Shown: positions 28,903 to 40,845, numbered from the stretch's first letter. The stretch is DNA of 64,000 bases from an uncultured Aliarcobacter sp. (GCA_963677435.1 OY781945.1:2176001-2240000), one strand, 5' to 3'. Numbers and translations: made by a program. The notes: generated by a model not told the origin, from the sequence alone.

Positions 28903-29690
28903 ATAGTAATATATCCCTCAAGATATAAAACTGCTTGTCCTGAGATAATCACTTTATCCTCTAAAACTTTACATTTTAGTAAGCCACCTCTTTTTGAGGC
29001 TTGGTGAGCTATTAATTCATTTTTATTTAATTTATCTGCCCAATAAGGAGCAAGTCCTGTGTGAATTGAACCAGTTACTGGATCTTCATCACCTCCATTT
29101 GCTGGCCAAAAATATCTTGAAATAAAATCATACTCTTTTGATTTTGAAGTAATAACAACATCATAAGGTGCTAATTTTTTTAATTCTTCAAGATTTACAT
29201 CTATTGAATAAATATCTTCTTCATTTGAAAAAACTGCAAAATATGCTTGTTGGTTATGTAAAACTTCATTTGGAGTTATTGATAAACCAGATAATAGCTC
29301 TTTTGGAATAGAATCTAAAACTTTTGGTTTTCTATTTGGAAAAGTCATTTGAATATAACCAGAATCTAATTTTTCAACACTTAAATCTCCTACAGCTTTT
29401 GCAGAAAAAATCACTTTTTCTAAGGCTTCATTTTCTTTAAATATTACAAAAGCAGTTGCTAGTGTTGCATGACCGCAAAAGTCAATTTCAGTTATTGGAG
29501 AAAACCATCTTATTTCATAAATATTTTGAGCATTTTTAAAAGTAAAAGCCGTTTCAGAAAGATTATTCTCAGTTGCAATTTGTTGCATTAACTCTGTTGA
29601 TAACCACTCTTCAAGAATTATAACTCCTGCATAATTTCCTTTGAATACTTTGTTTGTAAATGCATCTATTTGATATATTTTTAGTTTCAT
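28899..29690 (-). CDS. PhzF family isomerase
   Basis: IDAFT..FKGN, NLSETAF, EIDFCGHATLA, EDPVTGS. Confidence 0.93.
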   Translation of the reverse strand: MKLKIYQIDAFTNKVFKGNYAGVIILEEWLSTELMQQIATENNLSETAFTFKNAQNIYEIRWFSPITEIDFCGHATLATAFVIFKENEALEKVIFSAKAVGDLSVEKLDSGYIQMTFPNRKPKVLDSIPKELLSGLSITPNEVLHNQQAYFAVFSNEEDIYSIDVNLEELKKLAPYDVVITSKSKEYDFISRYFWPANGGDEDPVTGSIHTGLAPYWADKLNKNELIAHQASKRGGLLKCKVLEDKVIISGQAVLYLEGYITI

Positions 29691-30289
29691 TTTATCATTT
29701 CCTTTAAAATCTTTTTTATTTGTTTTTTATGAACCATTTGATGAATTGCTGACATAAGCAACCATTGATGTGGATTTAAACAACCAAACCATGGATGAGA
29801 AAGGCAGTTGTTTATATATTTATTCTCAACTTTTGTTTCTATAGATTTTTTATAATTATTTAAAAAATTATCATATTTTTCTACTATATCTTCATTTATT
29901 TCTACAAATGGTTTGAAATTTTCTATTTTTACTGTAAAGTCTATTTTCTCATTTTTACTTAAATTTACAATTCCCTCTTGTAAAGTCTCTCCAACATAAA
30001 GTAAATGCCAAAGAACCATTGCAGGTGAGTAATATCTTGAATTATCTTCAATACCAAATATTTTAGGAATTAGTACTTTTTTAAATAGTTTATCTTTGGG
30101 TAAATCTTTTACTAAATTTATAATCTCTTTACCTTCATATTCAAAAAACTTCATAGCATTATCCCATGAAATAAAAGTTTTTAAAATAGGAAATCCAATA
30201 TATTTTAAAAATATTGCATCAATTTTTGGTAAACCATGTCCTGGTTTTTCTAAATTATTTTGGATTTTTATATCTTCTTTTGTTTGCAT
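29687..30289 (-). CDS. Hypothetical protein, DinB-like four-helix fold
   Basis: GIEDNSRYYS..MVLWHL, HPWFG, H..VH; the start may alternatively be at 30319. Confidence 0.6.
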   Translation of the reverse strand: MQTKEDIKIQNNLEKPGHGLPKIDAIFLKYIGFPILKTFISWDNAMKFFEYEGKEIINLVKDLPKDKLFKKVLIPKIFGIEDNSRYYSPAMVLWHLLYVGETLQEGIVNLSKNEKIDFTVKIENFKPFVEINEDIVEKYDNFLNNYKKSIETKVENKYINNCLSHPWFGCLNPHQWLLMSAIHQMVHKKQIKKILKEMIK

Positions 30290-30303
30290 TTTAACTCTTT
30301 GTT

Positions 30304-31002
30304 TTAAGCTTTCATCCAAGCTCTAATATTCATACTTAAAAGTTCTGGTTCTTCTAGGGGAATATTGTGACTTGTTCCTTTTCTTGAAATGATATTTATA
30401 TTGTGATTTGTATTTTGGAATTTTTTAATTGATTCTTGATTTAAAAGCCTGTCTTTATCACTATAAAAAGACCAAACTTTAATATCTAAATTTATTAAGT
30501 CCTCAAACAAATCTCTTCTTTTAAAAGTACTTGTTAATTGTGCGATAAAAGTCTCTTTTCCTGAATCAAAAAACATATCTTGGATTATTTTTATCAATTC
30601 TTCATCATTTTGATTTTTTTCTTCAAGTAATGATTTTGCTTTTTCATAAGGTAAACCCTCAAAGCCCTCTTTTTCAATAACTACAAACTTTTGTTTTCTT
30701 CTTTGTATTTCTGTTTCTGTAGAGTTTCCAGGAGTTGAGGCAACTGTAAAAAGTCTATTTATTCTATTTGGGTAAGTTATTGCAAAATAAGAAGCTATAT
30801 AACCTCCTAGGGAAAATCCTAGAAGGTTTATTTTGTCTTCTTTGAAAAAGTTAAATAAAATATCAATTATCTCATCAAAATCTTCGCTGTGAGGAATTGG
30901 AACATTTATTAACTCATATTCCTCTTGTAAAAAAGGAAGCAACCTACTCCAAAGCCTTTGATCAGTCATAAGGCCTGGAATTAAATATATTTTTTCTTTC
31001 AT
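30304..31002 (-). CDS. Alpha/beta hydrolase
   Basis: IPGL, GFSLGG nucleophile elbow, D..HNIPLE. Confidence 0.88.
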   Translation of the reverse strand: MKEKIYLIPGLMTDQRLWSRLLPFLQEEYELINVPIPHSEDFDEIIDILFNFFKEDKINLLGFSLGGYIASYFAITYPNRINRLFTVASTPGNSTETEIQRRKQKFVVIEKEGFEGLPYEKAKSLLEEKNQNDEELIKIIQDMFFDSGKETFIAQLTSTFKRRDLFEDLINLDIKVWSFYSDKDRLLNQESIKKFQNTNHNINIISRKGTSHNIPLEEPELLSMNIRAWMKA

Positions 31003-32849
31003 TTACTAAGTCTAAATAGTGGAATATCTACCATTTCAACAGGATAATTTTGTTGATCTAATTCTCCATCTTGAGGAACTATTTCAGATTGGGCATCTTT
31101 ATTTGAATTTTCATTTAAAGAACCAGCTCTTAAATATACAACTAAATTTTTTAAATCTTTAGTATCTATTATTAAACTCATCTCTTTATCTCCACCTTTA
31201 TTCCAATTGTCATCCCAACCTTCAACTAAAAGATATGAAGAGTCCACATTTTGTTCTAATCCACCGTTCCAAATCTTTGTTCCTGCTTCATAAAAATTTA
31301 TTTCATCAAAGCTATTTGTCATTTTTTTAGTAATTCTTTTTGCATCTTTAAATTCTGGAAAAGAAACAGAAATTCCACCACTTGAAACAACTTTTAGATT
31401 TGGAGTATATTTTATATCAAGTTGTAAAAGATTTTCATCTATCATTTTATATTTATATGTTAAATCTTTTTGCGATATTTTTTTAATTGTTGAATCTTGC
31501 GTATCAGCTGTATCATCAAATACTTCATCATTATTTTGAGGAAGAGCTAATTGGTTTTTTTCTAAAACTTTTTTGTCATTTATATATAAACCATCATCTT
31601 TCAAAATAGCTTCAAATCTTTTTAAATTATCACTTGCATCTGTAAAATCAATATCTGAATTCTCTCTTAGATTTAATAGAGTTTTTAAATTTTGAGCTGT
31701 TGGAAGGTCTAAATCAACAGTTAATTTTGCATTTTCAAAAATCTCTGTAAAATTCTCTATTTTATCTTGTGGAATATTTTTATTTAATTTTAGGTTCAAA
31801 TTAAATTTTAAAGTATCAAAAATCTTTTGAGTTTTTATAGTATAACTTGAAGCCATTCCATTTGAATTAACTGATAATCCACTTTGAATCAAAGTTTTAA
31901 GATAGTCTTCATATTTACCAACACTTAAATCCATTGCGTACTGTTCAAGATTTTTATATGGAAAATTATTAATATTAAAAGTAAATGATGTATTTTTTAA
32001 AGTTGAAGTTCTTCCATCATAACTTTTTACATTAACCTCATCAAAACCAAATTCACTTCTTGTGTTCATATTTACACTGTCTTTTTCATAACTTGAATTA
32101 ACAATAAAATTTTTCACTTCAAACATACTATCTGCTTCGTGGAACTCTATATTTTTGATTAAAGTTTTTGAATTTTGTTTATTTACATCTATTTCATAAT
32201 CCATATTTATATCATTTATCGCAAAAGAACCATTTACATCAGAAACTTTTATTGTTGAAATAGAAAGATTTTTTTCATTTCCATGAATATCTTTTGTAAG
32301 AATATTTACATTACCTTCAGGTAAAGTAGCATCTATATCAGCAATTTTATACTCTTTATTTTCATTTAAAGTCATTTGTAATTTTTTATCTTTTAGAAAA
32401 CCTAAAAGCCATTTAGAATTTAAGTCATTTTTTTGACTTAAGTTGTCCATAGCAATTTTAGATAAACTTGTTAAATATAAATTTATATTTGCTTTTCCTG
32501 TAAAGTTTTCTACAACAAAATCATAATCAAACTTTACACCTTTTAAAAAAAGCTCTTTTTGCTCTAAACTTAAAGCATTATAATTATCCATGAAATTTTT
32601 TCTTAAATCTTCATCTTTTGAATAAGTAGAAAATAAAGCAGCAACTTTGTCAGGTTCAACTATCTCAATTTCACCTTTTGCACTTGTCTTTATATAGTTT
32701 GTTGTTTGTTCTTGTTTAACACTAAATCCATTATTGTTAAGTTCTGCTTTTTTACTACTAATTTCATCATTTATTTTTGATTGATAAACAAATAATGCAG
32801 CTGCTATCATTCCTAAAATAATAATTCCTAACCAAATAACTTTTTTCAT
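30999..32849 (-). CDS. Membrane-anchored periplasmic hypothetical protein (YdgA/DUF945-like N-terminal part)
   Basis: N-terminal TM anchor, beta-rich body, separate C-terminal domain. Confidence 0.55.
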   Translation of the reverse strand: MKKVIWLGIIILGMIAAALFVYQSKINDEISSKKAELNNNGFSVKQEQTTNYIKTSAKGEIEIVEPDKVAALFSTYSKDEDLRKNFMDNYNALSLEQKELFLKGVKFDYDFVVENFTGKANINLYLTSLSKIAMDNLSQKNDLNSKWLLGFLKDKKLQMTLNENKEYKIADIDATLPEGNVNILTKDIHGNEKNLSISTIKVSDVNGSFAINDINMDYEIDVNKQNSKTLIKNIEFHEADSMFEVKNFIVNSSYEKDSVNMNTRSEFGFDEVNVKSYDGRTSTLKNTSFTFNINNFPYKNLEQYAMDLSVGKYEDYLKTLIQSGLSVNSNGMASSYTIKTQKIFDTLKFNLNLKLNKNIPQDKIENFTEIFENAKLTVDLDLPTAQNLKTLLNLRENSDIDFTDASDNLKRFEAILKDDGLYINDKKVLEKNQLALPQNNDEVFDDTADTQDSTIKKISQKDLTYKYKMIDENLLQLDIKYTPNLKVVSSGGISVSFPEFKDAKRITKKMTNSFDEINFYEAGTKIWNGGLEQNVDSSYLLVEGWDDNWNKGGDKEMSLIIDTKDLKNLVVYLRAGSLNENSNKDAQSEIVPQDGELDQQNYPVEMVDIPLFRLSK

Positions 32850-32876
32850 TCTGCCTCTTTTCTTTAATATTTATAT

Positions 32877-33272
32877 TTATTGGTAAATTATACCTTGGTA
32901 TTTTAACCAACCATCTTCATGTTTTTTTCTTGGATCATGGTGAGTCCAATGAACAACTCCACCTTTATTATTCCACTCATATTCTCCATAAAACTCTATT
33001 GTATTACCTACTTGGATATTTTCAATTTTATTTGATAAATCAATATTATGAGCTATTAAAATAGTAAGATTTGAAGGTAATTTTACAAGAAACCTTTGAT
33101 GACGGCTTCCTTTTGTATCATCTTTTAAAACTTTTATTATTTTTCCTACTCCTTGAACTTGGATATCACTTTGTTTTGTCTGATAAGCTTTGTTTATTTC
33201 AGTATTACTAGCATTAGCAACATTTAAAAATAAGCAAAAAGTAGTAAACATTATAAATAGCAATTTCTTCAT
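32877..33272 (-). CDS. DUF3465 secreted OB-fold protein
   Basis: DDTKGSRHQRF, AHNIDL, GEYEWN.KGGVVHWTHHDP. Confidence 0.88.
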   Translation of the reverse strand: MKKLLFIMFTTFCLFLNVANASNTEINKAYQTKQSDIQVQGVGKIIKVLKDDTKGSRHQRFLVKLPSNLTILIAHNIDLSNKIENIQVGNTIEFYGEYEWNNKGGVVHWTHHDPRKKHEDGWLKYQGIIYQ

Positions 33273-33377
33273 TTTTTCCCTTATATATTTGAGTTTTAAA
33301 TTTTTGTTGCTTATTATATTATGTGAAGATTAAAGTAAGTTATAATTGATTGGTTTATAAAATTATTATTAGAATTT

Positions 33378-33401
33378 AGAATAAGCAAAAATGCTTATTC
33401 T
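33378..33401 (-). terminator. Rho-independent terminator-like hairpin downstream of the antiporter gene
   Basis: AGAATAAGCA-aaaa-TGCTTATTCT. Confidence 0.55.
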
Positions 33402-33419
33402 TAGTAAAATGTTTATATA

Positions 33420-34745
33420 TTAAAATACATAAACAGCAGCAAACCAACCAAATAAAATTAGAGGAATGTTGTAGTGTAAAAAAGTGGGAACTACTGAATC
33501 CCAAATATGGTCATGTTGTCCATCTACATTTAGTCCAGATGTGGGTCCAAGTGTTGAATCAGAAGCAGGACTTCCAGCATCTCCAAGAGCAGCAGCAGTT
33601 CCAATGATTGTAATAGTTGCCATAACTGAAAAATCTAATTGTAAACATAAAGGTGCATAAATAGTAGCAATAATTGGAATAGTTGAAAAAGATGAACCAA
33701 TTCCCATAGTAATAAATAAACCTACTAATAACATCAATATAACAGCTAATGATTTATTATCTGCAATTAGTGAACTAACAGATGTTACTAAAGTTTCAAC
33801 TCCTCCTGTTGTATTTATAACACTTGCAAAACCATTTGCTGCAATCATAATAAATCCAATCATTCCCATCATTTTGAGACCTTTTGTAAAAAAGTCTTGT
33901 GTTTCATTTGCTTTTATAACACCAGCAACAATGAAGATGATAAATCCTGCAAGAGAACCTATAATAATAGAATCAGTATATAATTGTAATCCTAAAGCTG
34001 TAGCTATAGAAATAAGTGCAATAAAAATATAAAAAAGATTTATCTCTTTTTTTTCTGACTCTACTTCTAATATTTTACTTACATCATAAACTCTTTTTTT
34101 TCTATATGTAAATAAAACAGCAATAAGTAATCCAATAAACATACCAAATACAGGAATACTCATAGCAATTGGAAGTTGTGAAGAAATAGCTTCAATACCA
34201 TTTGAAGTAAGATTTTTTAATAAAATCTCATTTAAAAATATTCCACCAAAACCAAGTGGTAAAATCATATAAGTAGCAACTAAACCAAAAGTCATAACAC
34301 AAGCCACAACTCTTCTATCAAGTTGTAATTGAGCCATTGAGTGAAGTAATGGAGGAATTAAAATAGGGATAAATGCAATATGAACAGGAACTAAGTTTTG
34401 TGATGAAATAGCTGCAAATAGAATAAGTGCCAACATTATATATTTAATATAAATAAACTGCATCACAGAAGTTCCATTATTTACTTTTTTTATAATCATA
34501 TTTGATAATAAATCAGTAATTCCAGATTTTGAAATCGCAACAGCAAATGTTCCAAGCATTGCATAACTTAATGCAATTGTTGCACCATTTCCAAGACCTT
34601 TATTAAAAGCCTCTATTGTTTCATTCAATCCAAGTCCACCACTAAGACCACCAACTATTGCTCCAATAATTAAGGCAATTACAATATTTACTCTCATAAG
34701 AGAAAGTATAACCATTAGCGTTACAGCTACGATTACAGAATTCAT
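33420..34745 (-). CDS. Na+/H+ antiporter-family (YuiF-like) transporter
   Basis: [44 protein letters not shown]. Confidence 0.88.
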   Translation of the reverse strand: MNSVIVAVTLMVILSLMRVNIVIALIIGAIVGGLSGGLGLNETIEAFNKGLGNGATIALSYAMLGTFAVAISKSGITDLLSNMIIKKVNNGTSVMQFIYIKYIMLALILFAAISSQNLVPVHIAFIPILIPPLLHSMAQLQLDRRVVACVMTFGLVATYMILPLGFGGIFLNEILLKNLTSNGIEAISSQLPIAMSIPVFGMFIGLLIAVLFTYRKKRVYDVSKILEVESEKKEINLFYIFIALISIATALGLQLYTDSIIIGSLAGFIIFIVAGVIKANETQDFFTKGLKMMGMIGFIMIAANGFASVINTTGGVETLVTSVSSLIADNKSLAVILMLLVGLFITMGIGSSFSTIPIIATIYAPLCLQLDFSVMATITIIGTAAALGDAGSPASDSTLGPTSGLNVDGQHDHIWDSVVPTFLHYNIPLILFGWFAAVYVF

Positions 34746-34846
34746 CTGTTTTGTCCTTTGTCACATAAAAATTACATATTTTATGTACATTAATTTTAAA
34801 ATAAGGTGGAAGAATAGTTTAATGGAAGTAAAAAGAAGATAAAACG

Positions 34847-34879
34847 AAACATCATCTTTTAAATAAAAGATGATGTTTA
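34847..34879 (-). terminator. Hairpin downstream of the DUF2214 gene
   Basis: AAACATCATCTTTT-aaat-AAAAGATGATGTTT. Confidence 0.55.
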
Positions 34880-34892
34880 TGAGATTTGAAGT

Positions 34893-35315
34893 CTAACCTC
34901 TAGCTATTAAAACACCTAATAAAGGCATAATAAATATCAATGCAAGTTGCATTCTAAATAACATAACTATTACTTTTGGTATTTTAATAGTTTCATCTGA
35001 AGTTTTTTTATTTTTAAGAAAAAACCTTGTTGGATAAATAGAAAGTAAAATCACTAAAACAAACATTGCTAGTTTTAAATGAAAAACCCAATTTGTTGAA
35101 TAAAAACTTGCATCTTTACCAACAAAAAGCCAAAGACTTAAACCACCGATTAAAGTAAGAACTATACTAATTATATAAATTAAATCTAAAAATGCAATTT
35201 TCTTAAATTGTTCCCTAGTCACTTGAGAAGATATAATCAAATGTTGAGCAACTAAAGTTGCACTTAAACTCATAATTCCAATAAAATGTAAATATCTAAA
35301 AAATATTTCTGTCAT
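34893..35315 (-). CDS. DUF2214 family membrane protein
   Basis: YLHF, GK...FY..N.VFHLK, SIYPT..F, IARG; AGGA RBS before MTEIF. Confidence 0.82.
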   Translation of the reverse strand: MTEIFFRYLHFIGIMSLSATLVAQHLIISSQVTREQFKKIAFLDLIYIISIVLTLIGGLSLWLFVGKDASFYSTNWVFHLKLAMFVLVILLSIYPTRFFLKNKKTSDETIKIPKVIVMLFRMQLALIFIMPLLGVLIARG

Positions 35316-35376
35316 TTGTTTTCCTGTAATATATTTTGAAAAAAGCATTTTAGTTAAATAGCTCTTATTTCTTCTT

Positions 35377-37739
35377 TTATTTACTTAATTTTTTTAATTC
35401 TTTTTTACTTTTAGGTGTTCCTGATTTTGTGTACCAATATTTTGCTTTATTAAAATCCTTTTTAATACCACCTTTTCCATAATGATAAATTAAGCCTAAA
35501 TTATAAGCTGAAAATTCATTACCGTTTTGAGCTGATTTAAGATAAAACTCTATTGCTTTATTTATATCTTTTTTAGTTCCTTTACCTAACTCATAATAGA
35601 TTGCTAATTGATTTGCAGCATCCTTATGATTTAGACTTTCAGCATTTTCATAATAAAAAAATGCTTTTTTATAATCTTTTATAGAATCATAATAATCCCC
35701 TAAGTTCATTGAAGCATATTCATTATTTTGTGCGATTTCTTTATAATATTTAGTTGCTTCAGAAATATCTTTTTCTACAAAATAACCTTTTTCATAAAAT
35801 AATCCAACCATGTTAATAGCATCAGGATAAGGCATAGCTTTTTTAAAATATTCAAAAGCTTTTGCATAATCTTTTTCAATAATTATGTCATCATAATATA
35901 ACCAACCAAGATTATAATATGCTCTTAAATATCCAGCTTTTGCAGCAATTTCGTAATACTCTTTAGCTTTTAATAAATCTTGTTTTACACCTTTTCCAAA
36001 GTTATACATCCAACCCAATGAAAAAGTATGCTCTATTGAACCTAGATTATGAAGTTTTAAAACATACTCTTTTGCCTTAGCATAATCAACATTTTTGTTT
36101 TGTCCACAAGAACCACATAAATACTCCCTTGCTAAAGTTTTAGTTGCATATAAATCACCTAAAGCTGAAGCTTTTTCATAATACTCTAAACCTTTTTTTC
36201 TATCTTCTCTTTTAGGAGCAAAATATGGAGGATTTATATAAAAACGAGCAAGAGTGTTAATAGTATCTATATCACCTTTATCTACTAAAATTTGATATGT
36301 TTTTAGCGCTTTATCTATATTTTCATCATCTTTTTCTTCTAAATAATAATCAGCTAAATCCATAATACTCTGTTTATCTTCAGTAGAAGCAGCAGATACT
36401 AGAAAATCTAGTTTCTCTTTTTTATCTCTATAAGAAAAAGTCTTCTTTATTTCTCTTATAAATAATATATCATCAAAAAGTTCTCCTTTTTTAACATATT
36501 TTGCTATTTCTTCTTGAAAATCTCTTTTTTTGTTGTATGAAGTTATTTCTTTTAAGAATATTTTTTGAAGCTCTTTATTTTGACTTTTATTAATATAATC
36601 TAACCATTTTTTAGAAGCAGCATAGTTTTCTGGATTATAAGAGTATGAACTTCTTTTTTGTGTAGCTAATAAAACGATAGCTTTTTTATTTCCATCTTTT
36701 GCTAATTCTTCTAATATTTCATTACTTTTATCATACATAGATTTTGATTCATAATAATTTGCTAATGAATTTGACCATCTTTTGTTTGTGATAATTTATT
36801 TACAAAATCAAAATATTCATTTAAAGTCTCTTTTGATTTACTATACTCTCGTAAAAGTCTCATAGAGGCTTCTTCATTTCCTAATAATGCAGCTTTTTCA
36901 TAATAAGAATAGGCTTTTTCTTCATCTATTTTCATATTTTTTCGTACATCACCTCTTAAATAAACATACCCTAATTCTAAAAGTGCTTTTTCATTTTTTG
37001 CATCATATTTTAAACCCTCTTCATATAAAGATATTGCTCTTTTATAATCAAAATTTTGGTTAAATACTTTAGCAATTTCAAAAATATTTTCACTATCTTT
37101 TGAGTTAATTATTTTATTGAGTGCAAAATCTAATTTTTGTTTTGATTCTTCATCTTGTTTTCTCAGAAGAACTTTGATTTGCTTTTTATAATAAGCAATT
37201 GGAAAATCAAGATTTTTATTTTTCATATAAGTTATTAACTTCTCTGCATCTTCTGATCTATAAAAATTATCATAAATTTTATATAGTTCATTAAAATCCT
37301 CAACTGAAAGTTTATCTATAATTTTATCTTGTTCATTTTTTACAAAATCAAAATTATAAGCAGATAACTCAATTCTAATAATTGCAATATTAGCTTTTGG
37401 ATAATTTTTGCTTGCTGATAATTTATATAATTTAAATGCTTTTTCTTTTCCATTAACAAACATATCTTGATATTTTTCATAAACACTTGCCATATCATAA
37501 ATATCTTTTGCATCTTTACTTTCATTGATTAAATCAAACCATTTAGAATAGTTTTTTAATCCCTCAACTGTATGAGGATAATCATAATGTTCTGATAAAC
37601 TCAACATAGCTTTTATATCACTAATATTAGCTTTTTGAATTAGTTCTTCTTTTGGTGGAACTTGTGGAGTGTTTAAATTTAATGTACTACATCCAGTTAA
37701 ATAGAGCAATACAAAAATAAATAAAATGATTTTTTTCAT
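35377..37739 (-). pseudogene. Sel1-repeat lipoprotein split by a 1-nt frameshift (ORFs 36762-37739 and 35377-36738)
   Basis: Lipobox LTGC in the first ORF, Sel1 repeats in both. Adding one T near 36768 (CAA ATT CAT TAG becomes CAA ATT TCA TTA GCA AAT TAT TAT) fuses the frames into a 787-aa protein. Confidence 0.8.
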
Positions 37740-37872
37740 TGTTTACCTTTGATTGTTTTTTAAAATAAGGCATAATAATATATTTTATTTACTTATTATT
37801 AGCTAATTTGTAACCAATTAATATATATAATTATTAAACAAATAGTGATTTTAGAAGATTTTAAAGTGCTTG

Positions 37873-38496
37873 TTACTTTTGAAAGTGTTGATAATCTTTT
37901 ATATTTTTCCAATCACCACCCCATTTCCATCCATACTTTTTAAATATTTGAACAGCTTTACTTGAAGATGTTAATACAGCTTTATTTTCAATGGAATCAT
38001 CATTTAATTTTCTAATTAAATATTTTTGTGAAGCTTCATGGGAAGTTGTACCATTTGAATAAACATAAGGGTTTTCTAAAGGATTTAAATCAATAGCTTT
38101 ACCATAAGAGTGTTTTGAATACTTTTGGCTTCCTTCTGCTTTTCTACAATTAAAAGCTGATGTATTATCAGCTTCAATTGAAGCAAAATCATCACCATTA
38201 TATTTTTCTATGGGAATGATTTGCTTAATTGCATAGGATATTTCGAATAATTCTTTAAATATTTCAGTGACTTCAAAAGCAAGGTCTTTATGAACAATAA
38301 TATCTCCCCAATAAATATTGTTATCAAAACCTAAATATTTAACATTTACTATTCGTAAGTCATCTAAAGAGACTGGACACTCTTTATGATAAGTAAGTCC
38401 TATCATTTTATTGGCATATTTTTCATCTATTAGTTTTATATTAGAAGCATTTAAATAAGTTGAAATAAAAATAACTACTAAAAAATAAATTTTCAT
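37873..38496 (-). CDS. M15 family peptidoglycan metallopeptidase
   Basis: NTSAFNCR, SKHSYGKAIDLNP, WGGDW...DYQHF. Confidence 0.9.
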   Translation of the reverse strand: MKIYFLVVIFISTYLNASNIKLIDEKYANKMIGLTYHKECPVSLDDLRIVNVKYLGFDNNIYWGDIIVHKDLAFEVTEIFKELFEISYAIKQIIPIEKYNGDDFASIEADNTSAFNCRKAEGSQKYSKHSYGKAIDLNPLENPYVYSNGTTSHEASQKYLIRKLNDDSIENKAVLTSSSKAVQIFKKYGWKWGGDWKNIKDYQHFQK

Positions 38497-38519
38497 ATTT
38501 GTTTATAAGCCTTGTATAA

Positions 38520-38933
38520 TTAATTTTTTATTTTACCTAAAACTTCATTTTGATAAATCAATATTCCAGCTAATATGAAAACAACATTTTTTACAATATA
38601 TTGTCCAACTAAAGTAAAGGCATAAGGTGTTTGAGTAAATGATAACTCAGGCAAAATAAACAATGGTGCAAAAGTGCAAATCATATGTCCTAAAAATGCA
38701 AAAACTACATATCTTGTGTAAATACCAAAAATAAATCCTAAACCAATTCCCACTTCTAAAATAGCTAAAAGTTTAATTGATACGATTGGACTAATCAATC
38801 CAAAAAACAAAATATCAATAGTTTGCGTAGCTAATGCTTCTGCTGGACTTAAACTTGGAAAAAACTTCAACATACCATACCATAAAAAAATTATCCCTAA
38901 TGATAATCTAATTAACTTAATCGTCCTACTCAT
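38520..38933 (-). CDS. DoxX-family membrane protein
   Basis: RLSLGIIFLWYGMLKFFP.LSPAE, GQYIVKN. Confidence 0.8.
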   Translation of the reverse strand: MSRTIKLIRLSLGIIFLWYGMLKFFPSLSPAEALATQTIDILFFGLISPIVSIKLLAILEVGIGLGFIFGIYTRYVVFAFLGHMICTFAPLFILPELSFTQTPYAFTLVGQYIVKNVVFILAGILIYQNEVLGKIKN

Positions 38934-39021
38934 AAATACTCCTTTTTTAAAGGCAGAATTATATGTATTTTAAACTTCAATATAAATTAATAGTTATTAT
39001 CATTATTGATTTAATAATTAT

Positions 39022-40482
39022 TTACGGTCTATAAACTTTTATATTTGTATAATTTTCTGCATCTCTTAAAAACTGTGCATGAAGCTGACTTAAAATTCCT
39101 TTATCACAATAGAATAAATATTGTTTATCTTGTGGAAGTTTTTTGAATTCACTTTTTAATTTGTAAAATGGAATTTTTAGTGTTTCACAAGATGTTTCAA
39201 TACAATCAGCACTTTGTCTAATATCAATAACTGTGTATTCACCACTACTTAAATCACTCACTACTTCCATTTGTCCAATTTCACTAACATCTTGAGCAAT
39301 TTCATCTACATTCACAAAAACTGAGTTTTTAACAGCTTCATCTAAAACCGTATAATCAAATCTTCTAGCTTCACTGGCAATTCTTTCATAATTTCCATGG
39401 GTTACTGGATTTTTTGAAATAACTCCACAATACTCAGGCATTGATTCAGCAAATCTGCTTGTTCCAATATTATTTGCTATTTCTATAATATCAGGTTTAC
39501 TCATCATAGCAAGTGGTCTTAATACAAGTTTATTTGTAGCTTGGTCAATTAAGGCTAGATTTCTTAAAGTTTGACTTGAAACTTGAGCAACACTTTCACC
39601 TGTTACAAGTGCATCAATCTTCATAGTATCAGCTATTTTTTCAGAAGCAATTAACATAAGTCTTTTTAACATAACTCCCATATATGGTTCACTTACACTT
39701 TTGAATATTTCAGTTACAACATCATCAAAAGGAACAGAAATAAACTGAACTCTATGAGAAGCTCCAAATTTATTCCATAAATAATAAGCTACTTGTTTTA
39801 CTCCTATTTCATGTGCAATTCCACCCAGATTAAAGAAAATAAAGTGAGTTTTAATTCCTCTTTTCATAGTTAAATATGAAGCTACAGTTGAGTCAAATCC
39901 ACCTGACATAAGAGATAAAATACTTCCTTGACTTCCTATTGGAAATCCACCCATTCCCATGTGTTTGTGAGTAATTATATTTAATTGAGCAAATACAAGT
40001 TCAATATTTATTGTAACTTCTGCATTTTTTAAAGCAACACCTTTTGTGTCATTCATTGCTAACATATATCCACCAACAGTTTGTTCAACTTGTGTTGATT
40101 TAAACTCTTGAGTTCCTGTTCTTTTGCATCTGATTACAAAAGATTTACCTTGTATTTCGTGTGCCATCATTTCATTTACTTTTACTTTGATGTCATCTAA
40201 AGTATGCATATTGTCAAATTGCATTGCTTCTAGTATTTGTTGAATCCCTGGTGTGTCAAGAAGTTTCATTCTTACTTCATCAACCACTTCAATTGGACAT
40301 ACAACTTCTATCTTATCAAAAAACTTTTTTACAGTTATATCTTTTGAAGTTTTTGATAAAAGATTCACTAAGTTGTTATAAACTTGAGAAATCATCTGTC
40401 TTTTTGCAGTTGAACCTTTTATCATTATTTCAGTGAAATACTTAATTATAAATTTTTGAGTTTTGATCCCGTGGTTATTCAT
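39022..40482 (-). CDS. thiI: tRNA 4-thiouridine synthase ThiI with rhodanese domain
   Basis: EIMIKG, THUMP domain, SGGFDS PP-loop, GESVAQVSSQT, PEYCG, YCDKG. Confidence 0.96.
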   Translation of the reverse strand: MNNHGIKTQKFIIKYFTEIMIKGSTAKRQMISQVYNNLVNLLSKTSKDITVKKFFDKIEVVCPIEVVDEVRMKLLDTPGIQQILEAMQFDNMHTLDDIKVKVNEMMAHEIQGKSFVIRCKRTGTQEFKSTQVEQTVGGYMLAMNDTKGVALKNAEVTINIELVFAQLNIITHKHMGMGGFPIGSQGSILSLMSGGFDSTVASYLTMKRGIKTHFIFFNLGGIAHEIGVKQVAYYLWNKFGASHRVQFISVPFDDVVTEIFKSVSEPYMGVMLKRLMLIASEKIADTMKIDALVTGESVAQVSSQTLRNLALIDQATNKLVLRPLAMMSKPDIIEIANNIGTSRFAESMPEYCGVISKNPVTHGNYERIASEARRFDYTVLDEAVKNSVFVNVDEIAQDVSEIGQMEVVSDLSSGEYTVIDIRQSADCIETSCETLKIPFYKLKSEFKKLPQDKQYLFYCDKGILSQLHAQFLRDAENYTNIKVYRP

Positions 40483-40632
40483 TATTGCAAAGCCTTGTGT
40501 ATTTTAATTGGGCGCGATTATAACATAAGAGTGCTTTTGATACTTATTTTTGCTTAAGAGTTAGCCCTTTTTATTTTTCTCTATAATATTTTTTGACATA
40601 ATACGCACTCATTTTTACCAAAGGCTTAATTT

Positions 40633-40833
40633 ATGCAAGAGAACCAATACGAAAAAATAAAAGTACTATTTTTAAAACTAATAGAAGAGACAAAAGAACT
40701 AAGTGAAGTAGAATTTGAAAAAGTTTTAATTCAAGTTTTTAAAGAGAATTCATTTTCACCTGAAGTAAAAGATAGATTAGTTATTGATATTTCAAATATG
40801 AGAGAAAAAATAGTAAAAAATTTAAATATATAA
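40633..40833 (+). CDS. Small hypothetical protein
   Basis: AAGG RBS, 66-aa helical ORF, apparent operon with the next gene. Confidence 0.6.
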   Translation: MQENQYEKIKVLFLKLIEETKELSEVEFEKVLIQVFKENSFSPEVKDRLVIDISNMREKIVKNLNI

Positions 40834-40845
40834 AAGGACAAAAAT

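Noticed and set aside
33500..33530. DGQHD string in the antiporter resembling the DGQHR motif
   Set aside because: It lies within a conserved membrane-transporter C-terminus; coincidental.
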